Source of the DNA: Candidatus Zixiibacteriota bacterium
Lineage (GTDB): Bacteria > Zixibacteria > MSB-5A5 > GN15 > JACZUZ01
Direction of reading: 5' to 3'
Assembly (NCBI GenBank): GCA_024280775.1
Contig: JAJRPM010000015.1
Coordinates: forward strand, 334,835-398,834
Length of the DNA: 64,000 nt
In this document: positions 1 through 9,909 of the stretch, piece by piece
Layout of the letters: each line of letters begins with the position of its first letter
Position numbering within the stretch: the first letter of the stretch is position 1
The notes under the pieces: model-generated
What the model saw: the letters and a program-made list of their open reading frames with translations, nothing else
Databases searched by the model: none
What the model was told of the DNA's origin: nothing
Position numbers and translations under genes: made by a program

Positions 1-95
1 CTGCATCCCGTTGGCGGCATACGAATTATGCCAGCCTTAGGAAGACAGTTACGAGCCATCAAGCAGAAATAGCAAATAGTATAGCGACCATAATA

Positions 96-1484
96 GTGAC
101 AGATTCAGATACAAGTTCAGAGACTCAAGTTACATTTGAAGAATTCGGGTTTTCAGATAACATAAATCGCGCATTGGCAGAGCAGGGCTTCACCCATCCG
201 ACTCCGGTTCAGGCCGAGGCGATCCCGGTTATGACATCTGGCGGCGATATGATTGTCACCGCTCAAACCGGAACCGGCAAAACTGCGGCCTTCTTACTGC
301 CGATTCTGCAAAAACTCAAGCCCTCGAAATCTCCGGAAATCGAGGCTTTGGTGCTTTCCCCTACGCGGGAACTAGCCCTGCAAATCGGCGAGCATCTCAC
401 GAGTTTTGCTAAGTATACCGGACATCGGCACACTGTAGTCTATGGTGGCTCCTCGGTCAAAAAGGGCCGTGAGACATTGTTAAAAGGAGCTCAGATTATT
501 GTCGCCACCCCGGGGCGTTTGCTGGATTTTATGCGTCAGGGTGTAATCAGCTTGTCGAAAACTCGTATAGTAGTGCTTGACGAAGCGGATCGCATGTTGG
601 ATATGGGGTTCATGCCTGATGTTCGGCGCATACTTCGCAAGACACCGCAAGGCCGTCAGACCGCTCTGTTCTCGGCCACTTTTCCAGAGCCAATTGCCTA
701 TCTAGCGCAGGAATTTCTCCGAGAACCGAAACGAATTGCATTAGGAATGGTGGCCACTCCCGCTGAGGGAATTACGCAGAGAGTTTTCCCCTGTGACCCG
801 CAGAAAAAAATCGGACTGCTAAAAGTCTTGCTGAAAAACTATGACTGGGATTCGGCATTGATTTTCACTCGCACCAAACGCCAGGCCGACGCTATCGCGC
901 GCCAGTTGAAGGCTTTGAAATATTCTATTGGAATAATTCACGGAGACCGTAGCCAGCCTCAGCGGATGCAGGCCCTTGAAGGTTTCAAGAAAGGGCGCTA
1001 CAAGATTCTGGTGGCTACCAATGTTGCCGCGCGCGGGTTGGATATTTCCGGTATTACGCATGTTTTGAATGTCGATACGCCGGATGTCGCCGACGATTAC
1101 ATCCACCGCATTGGCCGTACCGCCCGCTATGACGCAACCGGAGACGCATTGACTATTGTCTCGCCGGAAGAGTATGAGCATTTGCTGGCGATTGAAGCGG
1201 TTTTGGGTTACAAGATCGATCGTGAAGAGATTGAGGGTTTTGCTGTGGATATTGAATGTCTCTACAGTCAAACGCATTCCCAGCCATTTGTGAAGAAGCC
1301 GCCGGTGTATTTCGGATATCAGCCCGATGCTATACCCGAGGGCGCAGTTGCCGCAGGAGTCGAAAGCGCTAACACAGATTCAGAAACTATCGACCAAGAC
1401 GCCGAAAGCCCTGAGGATGACGAACCCGCCCAGCCGAGTTTCGGCCGAAAACGGACCGCCAGCACACGTAAACGCCGCCTGTAA
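96..1484 (+). CDS. DEAD-box ATP-dependent RNA helicase (RhlE-like)
   Basis: 462 aa, GTG start. Q motif GFTHPTPVQ, Walker A AQTGTGKT, DEAD box VLDEADRM, SAT (FSAT), motif VI HRIGRTAR, basic C-terminal tail. Confidence 0.9.
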   Translation: MTDSDTSSETQVTFEEFGFSDNINRALAEQGFTHPTPVQAEAIPVMTSGGDMIVTAQTGTGKTAAFLLPILQKLKPSKSPEIEALVLSPTRELALQIGEHLTSFAKYTGHRHTVVYGGSSVKKGRETLLKGAQIIVATPGRLLDFMRQGVISLSKTRIVVLDEADRMLDMGFMPDVRRILRKTPQGRQTALFSATFPEPIAYLAQEFLREPKRIALGMVATPAEGITQRVFPCDPQKKIGLLKVLLKNYDWDSALIFTRTKRQADAIARQLKALKYSIGIIHGDRSQPQRMQALEGFKKGRYKILVATNVAARGLDISGITHVLNVDTPDVADDYIHRIGRTARYDATGDALTIVSPEEYEHLLAIEAVLGYKIDREEIEGFAVDIECLYSQTHSQPFVKKPPVYFGYQPDAIPEGAVAAGVESANTDSETIDQDAESPEDDEPAQPSFGRKRTASTRKRRL

Positions 1485-1659
1485 CTGGCTTACTTTATCT
1501 TCTTCTGCTCACAGTAACTCACAAAAAATGATTGCAACTCTTAAGAAAATTAAGAGTATGAAACAGGAATGTCTTGAAGCGACCGACTCTCCCTGATTAG
1601 CTATTTCCCGGCTCGGGCGCGCAACTCAAAACTTGGCGCTAGAATACATTAGAATATAG

Positions 1660-2916
1660 ATGAGATTTCTTTTTGTACTTATTGGCTCAATTGTAGCTCT
1701 CGGACTTATTGAAATTCTGCTGATGCGACTGTTCAATCGCGAAGTTTGGCAAACTCGCTGGGGGAAGGCGCTATCTATCGGCTGGCCGGTGGCGACATTG
1801 CTGGTGGCTTTTGTGCGGATTTTTGTTTTGGGTGAAGGCGCTCCGCTTTGGATTGTTCAGGTCTTGATGGAGTTGGCGGCATTCCTACTGGTTGGTTTGC
1901 TGGCTTCGATTATGGCCTTGATTTTGGTTGGGATTATCAAAGGCGCTATGAGGGCCTTTGGAAGCAGAAAGCCAAAGAAGCTAGAGCCAAAGAAGGCAGA
2001 GCCAGTTTCCACTGCTTCGCTGGTTTCCCGAAGAGAGTTTCTCAAGACCGGAGTAGCGGCTCTTCCGGCGCTGGCGGCTGTTGGGTCGGGATTTGGGGTG
2101 GTTGGTTCGCTAAGCGGTATTCGGAGATTTGATGTACCCCTCAAATTCAAAAACTTGCCGCCTGAGTTAGAGGGTTTCAGGATTCTGCATCTTTCGGATT
2201 TACATCTTGGCCCCTTTCTCAATCTCTCCGATTTGGAAAAACTAGCCGAAGAACTCTCAGCGGAAAAATTCGATTTGGTCACTTTGATTGGAGATGTGGC
2301 CGACGATCTCGATATGCTCAGCGAAGCAATTCGGATAGTCCACTCGATTCCTTCACGGTTGGGACATTTTGCTACACTTGGTAATCATGAATATTACCGT
2401 GGCATTCACCGGGTGCGACGTACGTTTGACTCAGGCCCCATACCTCTGTTAGTCAATGAAGGGTTAGCGCTTACCGGTAATGGCTCTAGTGATAGGTCCG
2501 ATACTACCTCAAGTACTACTTCAACTTCCTCTTCGATTTTTGTCGGTGGCGCAGATGACCCGGTTACTATGGGCTGGAACGCTGATAGAGAGACTTTCTA
2601 TCGGAATGCGGTGGAAAGCAGTTTTGACAATGCGGATTCGGATTCATTCAAGATACTACTGACCCATCGCCCCGGAGCATTTGACCAAGCCGTCTCAGCG
2701 GGAATAAACCTCTCTTTGGCCGGGCATACTCATGGCGGTCAGGTGGGATTCCTGGGACGTTCGATGTTTGAGCCTGTAGCCGAGGAATTCTATCTTTGGG
2801 GCAAATACAAGAAGGACAACTCTCAATTGTATACCTCCTCAGGCGTAGGACATTGGTTCCCGTTCCGTCTCGGATGCCCGGCTGAGGCTCCTACTATTAT
2901 CCTTACACGCGCGTAA
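1660..2916 (+). CDS. membrane-anchored calcineurin-like metallophosphoesterase
   Basis: 418 aa. N-terminal hydrophobic helices, then LHLSDLHLG, GDVADD, GNHEY and GHTHGGQ metallophosphatase motifs. Ser/Thr-rich insert SSDRSDTTSSTTSTSSS. Confidence 0.8.
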   Translation: MRFLFVLIGSIVALGLIEILLMRLFNREVWQTRWGKALSIGWPVATLLVAFVRIFVLGEGAPLWIVQVLMELAAFLLVGLLASIMALILVGIIKGAMRAFGSRKPKKLEPKKAEPVSTASLVSRREFLKTGVAALPALAAVGSGFGVVGSLSGIRRFDVPLKFKNLPPELEGFRILHLSDLHLGPFLNLSDLEKLAEELSAEKFDLVTLIGDVADDLDMLSEAIRIVHSIPSRLGHFATLGNHEYYRGIHRVRRTFDSGPIPLLVNEGLALTGNGSSDRSDTTSSTTSTSSSIFVGGADDPVTMGWNADRETFYRNAVESSFDNADSDSFKILLTHRPGAFDQAVSAGINLSLAGHTHGGQVGFLGRSMFEPVAEEFYLWGKYKKDNSQLYTSSGVGHWFPFRLGCPAEAPTIILTRA

Positions 2917-3109
2917 ACTACTTCGCTCCGCGGAGAATAGCGTTCTGAGATTTCCAGCGATCGATGCTACCAGCATATTCATCCACTAATTCGCTCACAA
3001 TGTTTTCATTTTCCGGGATTTTTTCCGATAATTGGCAGTAGAACAAGCGGCATGAGATAACCTCTCTGCGCCACTATTTGATATCAAAAGGGAATACTTT
3101 GATACAGCT

Positions 3110-4486
3110 ATGAATGATATGTACGCCACATTTGTGCGCCATGCGCTTGCGCCGCTTGATGCTTTCCGGCAGGGTTCTGATCATTATTCGATTCTGAAGG
3201 ATTTACGAGAGAGCCAGTATGCCGCTCCCGAGAAGTTGCAGGAAATGGCGTTGGCCAAGCTCAACCGAACTGTGCGTTATGCTTTTGAGCATTGCCCTTT
3301 CTATAAGCGCAGTTTTGCTGTCGCCGGATATAACCCTTCCGATATATTGGACGAGGAAAGTTTCCGTCAACTTCCGACTTTGAGTAAGCGTGACATACAA
3401 GAGAATCTGGCGGATTTACGTTCGGACGAATACAGCGATGACGACCTAATCGCCAATCAAACCGGTGGCTCAACCGGTGAGCCGCTGAAATTCTATTTGG
3501 ATAAGCCGCGGGCGATTTCGCGTCTGGCGGCGACTTTGCGCCATGACGAATGGGCCGGGTATCGTCCCGGCGACAAGGTTGGATTGCTTTGGGGCGCTGC
3601 GCAGGATTTTGCTGACGATACAAGTTTGAAAGTGCGCTTGCGTAACAAACTTCTCGATAGAACATTGACCTTGAATGCGGTGAGTATGTCTACCGGAGTT
3701 ATGACTGATTACTATCAGAAGCTCTGCGAGTTCCAGCCGAGGGTTTTGCTGGCTTATGCTCACACTGTCTATGTATTCGCAGAGTTCATTCGCGCTCAAG
3801 GCCTCAAAGCTCCCTCCCCTGACTCGATTATCACTTCGGCTGAGTTACTCAGTGATGAGGAACGTAAGGTGATTGAAGAAGTATTCGATACCGAGGTTTT
3901 TGACCGCTATGGTTGTCGTGAGGTTTCAATTATCGCCAGCGAGTGTGAATCTCATGACGGCCTGCATGTTAATGCCGAGAACATCTATTTGGAGATTCTC
4001 AAAGGCGACCGTCCGGCGAAGATCGGTGAGACCGGCGAGATTGTCTTGACTGATCTTGAAAACCGCGGGATGCCGTTGATTCGATATCGTATTGCCGATA
4101 GCGCCGAGGCGATGGATAACAGCCAGATATGCGACTGCAAGAGGACATTACCGAGAATCAAAATTACCGGCGGACGAGTCAATGAGTTTCTGGTGACAGC
4201 CGACGGCAGACTTGTCGCCGGTACGGCGTTGACGATTTTTCTATCGACGAAAATTCCGGGCGTGGCGCAAATGCAATTGTATCAAAAAGAAGCCGGCGAG
4301 TTGACAGTGCGGGTGGTTGCATCTGACTCAGGTATTGACGAGGCGGCATTGCTGGAGGAATCACGGTCATTCCTGGGAGAGAATATGCGTATTTCGGTTT
4401 CTTACCAGGAATATATTCCGCGCGAAAAGTCCGGTAAATATCGATTCAGTATTTCAGAAGTCGCCAGTGAGTATATTGGAAAGTAG
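3110..4486 (+). CDS. CapK-like adenylate-forming enzyme (phenylacetate-CoA ligase / F390 synthetase family)
   Basis: 458 aa. TGGSTGEPLKF nucleotide-binding loop and overall PaaK/CapK-like layout. First gene of the polysaccharide cluster. Confidence 0.7.
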   Translation: MNDMYATFVRHALAPLDAFRQGSDHYSILKDLRESQYAAPEKLQEMALAKLNRTVRYAFEHCPFYKRSFAVAGYNPSDILDEESFRQLPTLSKRDIQENLADLRSDEYSDDDLIANQTGGSTGEPLKFYLDKPRAISRLAATLRHDEWAGYRPGDKVGLLWGAAQDFADDTSLKVRLRNKLLDRTLTLNAVSMSTGVMTDYYQKLCEFQPRVLLAYAHTVYVFAEFIRAQGLKAPSPDSIITSAELLSDEERKVIEEVFDTEVFDRYGCREVSIIASECESHDGLHVNAENIYLEILKGDRPAKIGETGEIVLTDLENRGMPLIRYRIADSAEAMDNSQICDCKRTLPRIKITGGRVNEFLVTADGRLVAGTALTIFLSTKIPGVAQMQLYQKEAGELTVRVVASDSGIDEAALLEESRSFLGENMRISVSYQEYIPREKSGKYRFSISEVASEYIGK

Positions 4487-4490
4487 TGTG

Positions 4491-5630
4491 ATGAAGACCG
4501 AAGAAGAAAAACTAAACAATCCGCGAATCCTTCTGGTTGCGCCTTCATTGCGTATTATGGGCGGTCAGGCGGTGCAGGCTGACAGGCTTCTGGCAAATAT
4601 GCGCGCCGAGGGATGGCGAGTTGATCTGCTACCTATCAATCCATTGCCACCTAAGTTTCTGCGCTTTGCCGAGAGGGTGAAGTATTTGCGCACACTGGTG
4701 ATTTCGTTTCTGTATCTCGTCTCTCTTTTCCGGCAGATACCCCATTATGATGTAATCCACATTTTTTCAGCTTCATATTTTTCATTTATTCTAGCGCCTA
4801 CTCCGGCGATTTTGATTGCCAGATTTTTCGGCAAACCTACGATTCTGAACTATCGTTCCGGTGAGGCCGAAGATCATTTCGAGCGCTGGGGCAGAATAGT
4901 ATTCCCTATCATGTATTTGCTGGATGCGATTGTGGTTCCGTCGGGCTACCTGGTGGAAGTCTTCGCGAAGTTCGGCTTTGCGGCCTCGTCAATTCCCAAT
5001 GTTGTAGACGCCAAGACGATTACCTATCGCAAGCGTGAATCTGTGCAACCGAAAATCATAGTGGCCCGTGCGCTCGAACCACTCTACAATATCTCCTGTT
5101 CAATACGCGCCTATCAAATGGTCAAAGAGAAATATCCTCGCGCAGAGTTAACAGTCTTGGGCTACGGGTCCGAGGAAGAGAAACTACGAGCGATGGTAAC
5201 AAAAGCCCATTTGGGTGGTGTTACTTTCACCGGACGTGTTGAGCGCGAGGAAATCGGCAAACTGTATTATCAAAGCGATGTATTTCTCAATAGCTCGTCT
5301 ATTGACAATATGCCGGTGTCAATTCTGGAGGCTTTTGCATCGGGATTGCCGGTTGTCACTACTGACGCTGGCGGGATTCCGTTTGTTGTGGAGGACAAAG
5401 TTAATGGGCGTTTAGCGCCGGTTGATGATCATGTGGCGCTGGTAGAGCGGATTATTGAGCTGGTCGAAAACCCTTCAGAGGTTCTGCGATACTCGGAACA
5501 AGGCGCAGAAGAAATCAAGAAATACCGCTGGGAGGTAGTGCGCGGCCAATGGCGTGATTTATATCGCCGCACAATTGCATCGCATACGATGCCCGCTGTC
5601 ACTCTTAGCTCCGAGAGCTCACAGCGCTAG
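4491..5630 (+). CDS. glycosyltransferase family 4
   Basis: The track ORF 4317..5630 overlaps the upstream gene. The first ATG after the upstream stop (4484-4486) is at 4491 (MKTEEEKLNNPRILLVAPS). The C-terminal EAFASGLPVVTTDAGG is typical of GT4. Confidence 0.8.
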   Translation: MKTEEEKLNNPRILLVAPSLRIMGGQAVQADRLLANMRAEGWRVDLLPINPLPPKFLRFAERVKYLRTLVISFLYLVSLFRQIPHYDVIHIFSASYFSFILAPTPAILIARFFGKPTILNYRSGEAEDHFERWGRIVFPIMYLLDAIVVPSGYLVEVFAKFGFAASSIPNVVDAKTITYRKRESVQPKIIVARALEPLYNISCSIRAYQMVKEKYPRAELTVLGYGSEEEKLRAMVTKAHLGGVTFTGRVEREEIGKLYYQSDVFLNSSSIDNMPVSILEAFASGLPVVTTDAGGIPFVVEDKVNGRLAPVDDHVALVERIIELVENPSEVLRYSEQGAEEIKKYRWEVVRGQWRDLYRRTIASHTMPAVTLSSESSQR

Positions 5631-5647
5631 GCTTTGGTGACTCAGCT

Positions 5648-7888
5648 ATGAATGTAACTTCTCTCATTGGACGTGCGCTTGAAGCCGAGCCGGACGAATT
5701 ACGTTTCCGTTTTCGTCAGCAGGTTTTTTCTAAGTATGACAAGACAATCGGAATTAGTCAGACCAGCGGCGCTAAAGGACATTTGCATTCATTGGGAATT
5801 AGTGAGCCATATATTGCTGACTGGTTCGGTAAGAGACAGTCACGCTGGTTCTTATCGTCGGAGAATCGTGAGGCGCTGCGAGATTATTACCTGGAGCATG
5901 AGCTAGAGCGCTCATTGATTCTGCGTAGAGCGCAAGTAATCGTCGCTGGCAAGATGCCGATATTCTCGCGTGATCCGGTGGAGTTTACTGGTGATGATCG
6001 CTGGCGACGAGACTTCTTCCTGAAGGTCTCTGCGCCGCACAAATACTATGGTGATATTGGCTATTTGGATGTCAATGAAGTTGGTGACAGCAAACATGTG
6101 TGGGAGCCAAATCGATTCGGTTGGGCCTATTGGCTCGGCCAGGCCTTTGTAATTACGAAGGAAAAACAGTACGCCCAAAAATTTGCAGAGTTGACTATCG
6201 ATTGGCTCGGAAGCAATCCCTACGGAATCGGGGTCAACTATTGCTCAGCTCTGGAAGTTGCCTTTCGCAACTACGCGCTGGTTTGGTCGCTGGATTTGTT
6301 TGCTGAGATTCTTGCGGCCAATCCGGTTGTTCTCGATGCGATACTTGAAATTATCTGGCGCGGCTGTAGACACATTGAGAATAATCTCTCGACTTATTTT
6401 GCGCCTAACACACATCTAACCGGAGAAGCTTTCGCGCTCTATGCCTGCGGCGCGGCGCTTCCAGAATTCGCCGAGTCCGAACGCTGGCGGACACTGGGTG
6501 AGCGGATTCTAGTTGCAGAATCAGCTAAACAATTCCATGATGACGGAACACATAGAGAACTATCCAGTTGCTATCATTTGTATTCAACAGACTTTTATGT
6601 GCAAGCTGAGCTAATCTCCAGGCGCACAGGATTTGAAATTGATTCTGCTATAAGCGCTACTGCAAAGAGACTTGCCTCACGACTAGGAGAGCTGGTAAAG
6701 TCAGATTTGACTCTACCACAGTTCAATGACTGTGACGGCGGACGTTTGAGCTGGTTCGCATTCGCGCCACTGGATGCGGCGCCGACTTTGATTGCCGCCA
6801 GTGAATTATTCGGAACCGGAATACTTCCGACAACAGACAGGAACCCCGGGGGCTATGGGCTGTGGATGAATCTCAACGGCATCCCTGATATCCCGGAAAT
6901 CACCGACTCTACCGCATCGATAGAATCAGAAGAATCTGTCACGGACATTCCAGACTCGGGCATTGTAACCTATCACTCGCCGAATCAGGACTATCTTTTG
7001 GCGCGTTGCGGTGAGTTCGGCTATATGGATTGCGGACACAGTCACGATGCGCCTACTTCGTTTGTTTATGAGTCCTGTGGCCAGCCGGTAGTAGTCGATT
7101 GCGGAACCGGGTCCTACACTCAGGACATGCGCACACGCGACGAATTCCGAAGCGCCAGAGGGAAGAACGTCTTACTGCTAAATGGAAACGGGCCGTCTGA
7201 ACCTGACGGCTGGTTTAATTGGAAGCGCAAATCTGAAGCGCGGCTCCAAAGCGCAAGTCACTTCGAGGGTGGATTCTACCTCAAGACACGTCATGACGGA
7301 TATAGCGCAGCGCTGGGCTTTGGGGTTGAGATTGCGCGCGAGATTGTTGTTCTCGATGAGGGATTGTTGATAATCGTCGATAACTGGGAGGCGGAGGAAA
7401 CTGTAAACGCCAGCCTGCAATTGACCTTGGCTCTTAGGTTGCAGGTTACGCATGTCGGTCGATTGATATTCGAGGAGGACGGCTCGGAGTTTCATTATTT
7501 GGTTAGCCCTAGATTGGCGGTTGACGAGACGGTGAGCGATAGTGGCGATGAGGAACAAACTGATGACGATGACGATCTCCCCGAGCAGGAATGGGCGCAG
7601 GATGTTCGGTTTCGTCCGCGAGTGTGCAAAGTTCCTTTTTCACCGGATTATGGAATAATTGGAGAAACTAGAGCGCTGGTGAGCGATTTTGGTAGCGCGA
7701 AGGCGGGTTTTGCCACGACTATACTCTCGCGACTCGGACCAGCGCGCAACACTAATGATTCTGAGCGTTATCGTATTGGGCTTGATGAAGCTGAGCGCGA
7801 ATTGTTTGTGGGCAGGTCCGGAAAGATTTATTTGAGCGGAAAGAAAACCGGAGCTAAGCGAGCTGAACCGGTGGTGTTTGCGCGGTGA
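5648..7888 (+). CDS. heparinase II/III-like (polysaccharide lyase fold) protein
   Basis: 746 aa. NTHLTGEAFALY, HRELSSCYHLY and MDCGHSHDAPTSF segments resemble the alginate-lyase N-domain plus Hepar_II_III C-domain. Acidic insert EEQTDDDDDLPEQE. Confidence 0.6.
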   Translation: MNVTSLIGRALEAEPDELRFRFRQQVFSKYDKTIGISQTSGAKGHLHSLGISEPYIADWFGKRQSRWFLSSENREALRDYYLEHELERSLILRRAQVIVAGKMPIFSRDPVEFTGDDRWRRDFFLKVSAPHKYYGDIGYLDVNEVGDSKHVWEPNRFGWAYWLGQAFVITKEKQYAQKFAELTIDWLGSNPYGIGVNYCSALEVAFRNYALVWSLDLFAEILAANPVVLDAILEIIWRGCRHIENNLSTYFAPNTHLTGEAFALYACGAALPEFAESERWRTLGERILVAESAKQFHDDGTHRELSSCYHLYSTDFYVQAELISRRTGFEIDSAISATAKRLASRLGELVKSDLTLPQFNDCDGGRLSWFAFAPLDAAPTLIAASELFGTGILPTTDRNPGGYGLWMNLNGIPDIPEITDSTASIESEESVTDIPDSGIVTYHSPNQDYLLARCGEFGYMDCGHSHDAPTSFVYESCGQPVVVDCGTGSYTQDMRTRDEFRSARGKNVLLLNGNGPSEPDGWFNWKRKSEARLQSASHFEGGFYLKTRHDGYSAALGFGVEIAREIVVLDEGLLIIVDNWEAEETVNASLQLTLALRLQVTHVGRLIFEEDGSEFHYLVSPRLAVDETVSDSGDEEQTDDDDDLPEQEWAQDVRFRPRVCKVPFSPDYGIIGETRALVSDFGSAKAGFATTILSRLGPARNTNDSERYRIGLDEAERELFVGRSGKIYLSGKKTGAKRAEPVVFAR

Positions 7889-7983
7889 GGTTGATCCGAT
7901 GCGCTCTATGATTAGTTTGGGATTGCTTCGCTACGCTCGCAATGACATCTAACCATGTTCTACCGAATTGATACTAGAAAACT

Positions 7984-9909
7984 ATGTGCGGAATTTGCGG
8001 TTATATAAATCTTGACGGACGTCCTGCGGATGCGGGAATACTGCGCCGTATGAACGCGACTATTGTGCATCGCGGCCCCGATGACTCCGGTGAGTTTGTC
8101 TCAGGTCAGGCTGCATTGGGTCATCGACGCTTATCAATTATTGATTTGGAACGCGGGCATCAACCTATGACGGCTCGTGGCCTCTCTCCGCAAATTGTCT
8201 ACAACGGCGAAGTTTATAATCACCTAGCAGTGCGCGAAGGACTCGAAACACCAGCCGATAGTTTCAAAACCTCCTGTGACACTGAGACAATTCTAGTTGC
8301 CTACCAGTTGCATAAGCAAGAATCTTTGAACCGCCTGCGCGGGATGTTCGCTTTTGCGATTTATGATCCTGATGACAACTCATTGTTTTTGGCTCGCGAC
8401 AGACTAGGAATCAAACCGCTGTATATATATCGCACGTCAACTTTGCTGGCGTTCAGCTCGGAAATCAAGGCGTTGCTTGCGCATCCGGATATCAGAGCTG
8501 AAGTCAATGTTGCCAAGCTCCCGGCTCAGCTCACGCTCAAGTATACACTTGATGACGAAACCCTGTATCGCGGAATCACAAAGCTACCGCCGGGGCATTT
8601 CATCAAACTTGACCGTGATGGTTTCCAGATGCAGCGCTATTGGGATTTACATTTTACACCCAAAGATACTTTTGAAACCGAAGCTGAAGCAGTCAATGCG
8701 TTTCGTGATAAATTCAATGACGCAGTTGAATCACGCCTGATGGCCGATGTGCCGCTGGGAGTTTTTCTTTCGGGTGGAATTGACAGCTCGGTAATTGCGG
8801 CGGCTATGAGTCGAATGGTTGACGGGCCGATTCAATCTTTTACAGTGGCATTCGCCGAGCGAGATTATAGCGAGTTTGAATACTCACGCATGGTTGCCAA
8901 ACATATTGGCGCGGAATTGCATGAAGTTACAGTTTCGCCTGAGCAATTCTTCGGAGCCTGGCCGAAGATGGTCTATCATGAGGATGAGCCAATCGCGCAT
9001 CCGTCATCGATTCCGCTACATTTTGTCTCGGGCTTAGCGGCGCAACATGTAAAAGTTGTGCTCACCGGCGAGGGAGCTGATGAATTGCTGGCAGGTTATG
9101 AGCGCTATTATCAAACAGTCTACAATTTGCGCTTTGGCCGTATGTTCCCACCGGCATTGCGACCTTTTACACGCGCTTTGATAGATTTGCTACCGGATAC
9201 TTTCACACCTAAACGTAAAGCGGTTCGCACGGCGCTGTATTTACCGACTGACATCGACACGTTGTTTTTGGATAACTATGCGGCATTCCCTCGCAGCGCC
9301 GCCTATGCGGCATTGCGTCCGGAGTATCAGCAGACGGCATTCAATGATGTCTACGCCAACTTCCGAAAGCTAATGGACGAGTGTGACTCAACGGACTGGC
9401 TGGACAAAATCCTCTATGCGGACATCAAGACTTACTTGCTGGAATTGCTGATGAAACAAGATCAAATGTCTATGTCGGTGTCACTGGAATCACGAGTGCC
9501 GTTTTTGGATCATGAATTGGTTGAGTTCGCCTGTCGTCTGCCGCGCGAGTTCAAATTGAAAGGTTTCGACACTAAACGCATTATCCGTATGGCGCTGGGT
9601 GACACTGTGCCAGCGGAAATTGTATCGCGTAGCAAACGAGGGTTCCCGACCCCGACCAAGGAATGGTTCCGGGGCGATTACTACCAAGTTATGGAGAAGC
9701 TCCTGCTGGGCAAAAATTCATTGGCGCAGGAATATATAAATACAGAGTTTATCCGTGACACACTAGACAGGCATCATCGCGGCCAATGGGATTTACAGGA
9801 GCGCATTTGGACACTGGGCAATTTGGAAATCTGGCTACGAGTTTGCATTGACGGCCAATCTCCAGACTCGGTGTTTGAGGGTGTCAGTAAGGTGTCGCAA
9901 TGCGTTTAA
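7984..9909 (+). CDS. asnB: asparagine synthase (glutamine-hydrolysing) family amidotransferase
   Basis: 641 aa. N-terminal nucleophile MCGICGY and PP-loop SGGIDSS. Sits in an EPS-cluster context. Confidence 0.9.
   Translation: MCGICGYINLDGRPADAGILRRMNATIVHRGPDDSGEFVSGQAALGHRRLSIIDLERGHQPMTARGLSPQIVYNGEVYNHLAVREGLETPADSFKTSCDTETILVAYQLHKQESLNRLRGMFAFAIYDPDDNSLFLARDRLGIKPLYIYRTSTLLAFSSEIKALLAHPDIRAEVNVAKLPAQLTLKYTLDDETLYRGITKLPPGHFIKLDRDGFQMQRYWDLHFTPKDTFETEAEAVNAFRDKFNDAVESRLMADVPLGVFLSGGIDSSVIAAAMSRMVDGPIQSFTVAFAERDYSEFEYSRMVAKHIGAELHEVTVSPEQFFGAWPKMVYHEDEPIAHPSSIPLHFVSGLAAQHVKVVLTGEGADELLAGYERYYQTVYNLRFGRMFPPALRPFTRALIDLLPDTFTPKRKAVRTALYLPTDIDTLFLDNYAAFPRSAAYAALRPEYQQTAFNDVYANFRKLMDECDSTDWLDKILYADIKTYLLELLMKQDQMSMSVSLESRVPFLDHELVEFACRLPREFKLKGFDTKRIIRMALGDTVPAEIVSRSKRGFPTPTKEWFRGDYYQVMEKLLLGKNSLAQEYINTEFIRDTLDRHHRGQWDLQERIWTLGNLEIWLRVCIDGQSPDSVFEGVSKVSQCV

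Noticed and set aside
819-1277. Long antisense ORFs inside confidently assigned genes. Examples: 819..1277, 1857..2282, 3261..3665, 13588..13956, 25218..25685, 35494..35748, 46360..46692, 52105..52494.
   Set aside because: They lie opposite genes with clear family motifs. They have no ribosome-binding sites or recognisable motifs, and their composition is typical of shadow frames.
2017-2100. Twin-arginine-like SRREFLKTGVAALPALAAVG inside the metallophosphoesterase, after several TM helices.
   Set aside because: It is an internal position rather than N-terminal. It is probably a remnant of the Tat signal seen in YkuE-type relatives, or simply another TM segment, so there is no basis for a Tat-export claim.
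4317-4490. 58-codon N-terminal extension of the first GT4 ORF.
   Set aside because: It overlaps the CapK-like coding sequence in another frame. The ATG at 4491, right after the upstream stop, gives a typical GT4 N-terminus.
7921-7947. The motif gattgcttcgctacgctcgcaatgac in the gap before asnB. It resembles a short GC-rich intergenic element that I recall seeing in other environmental genomes.
   Set aside because: I found only a single copy in this window and the stem is weak (attgc/gcaat). A repeat family cannot be called from one copy, and my recollection is unverified.
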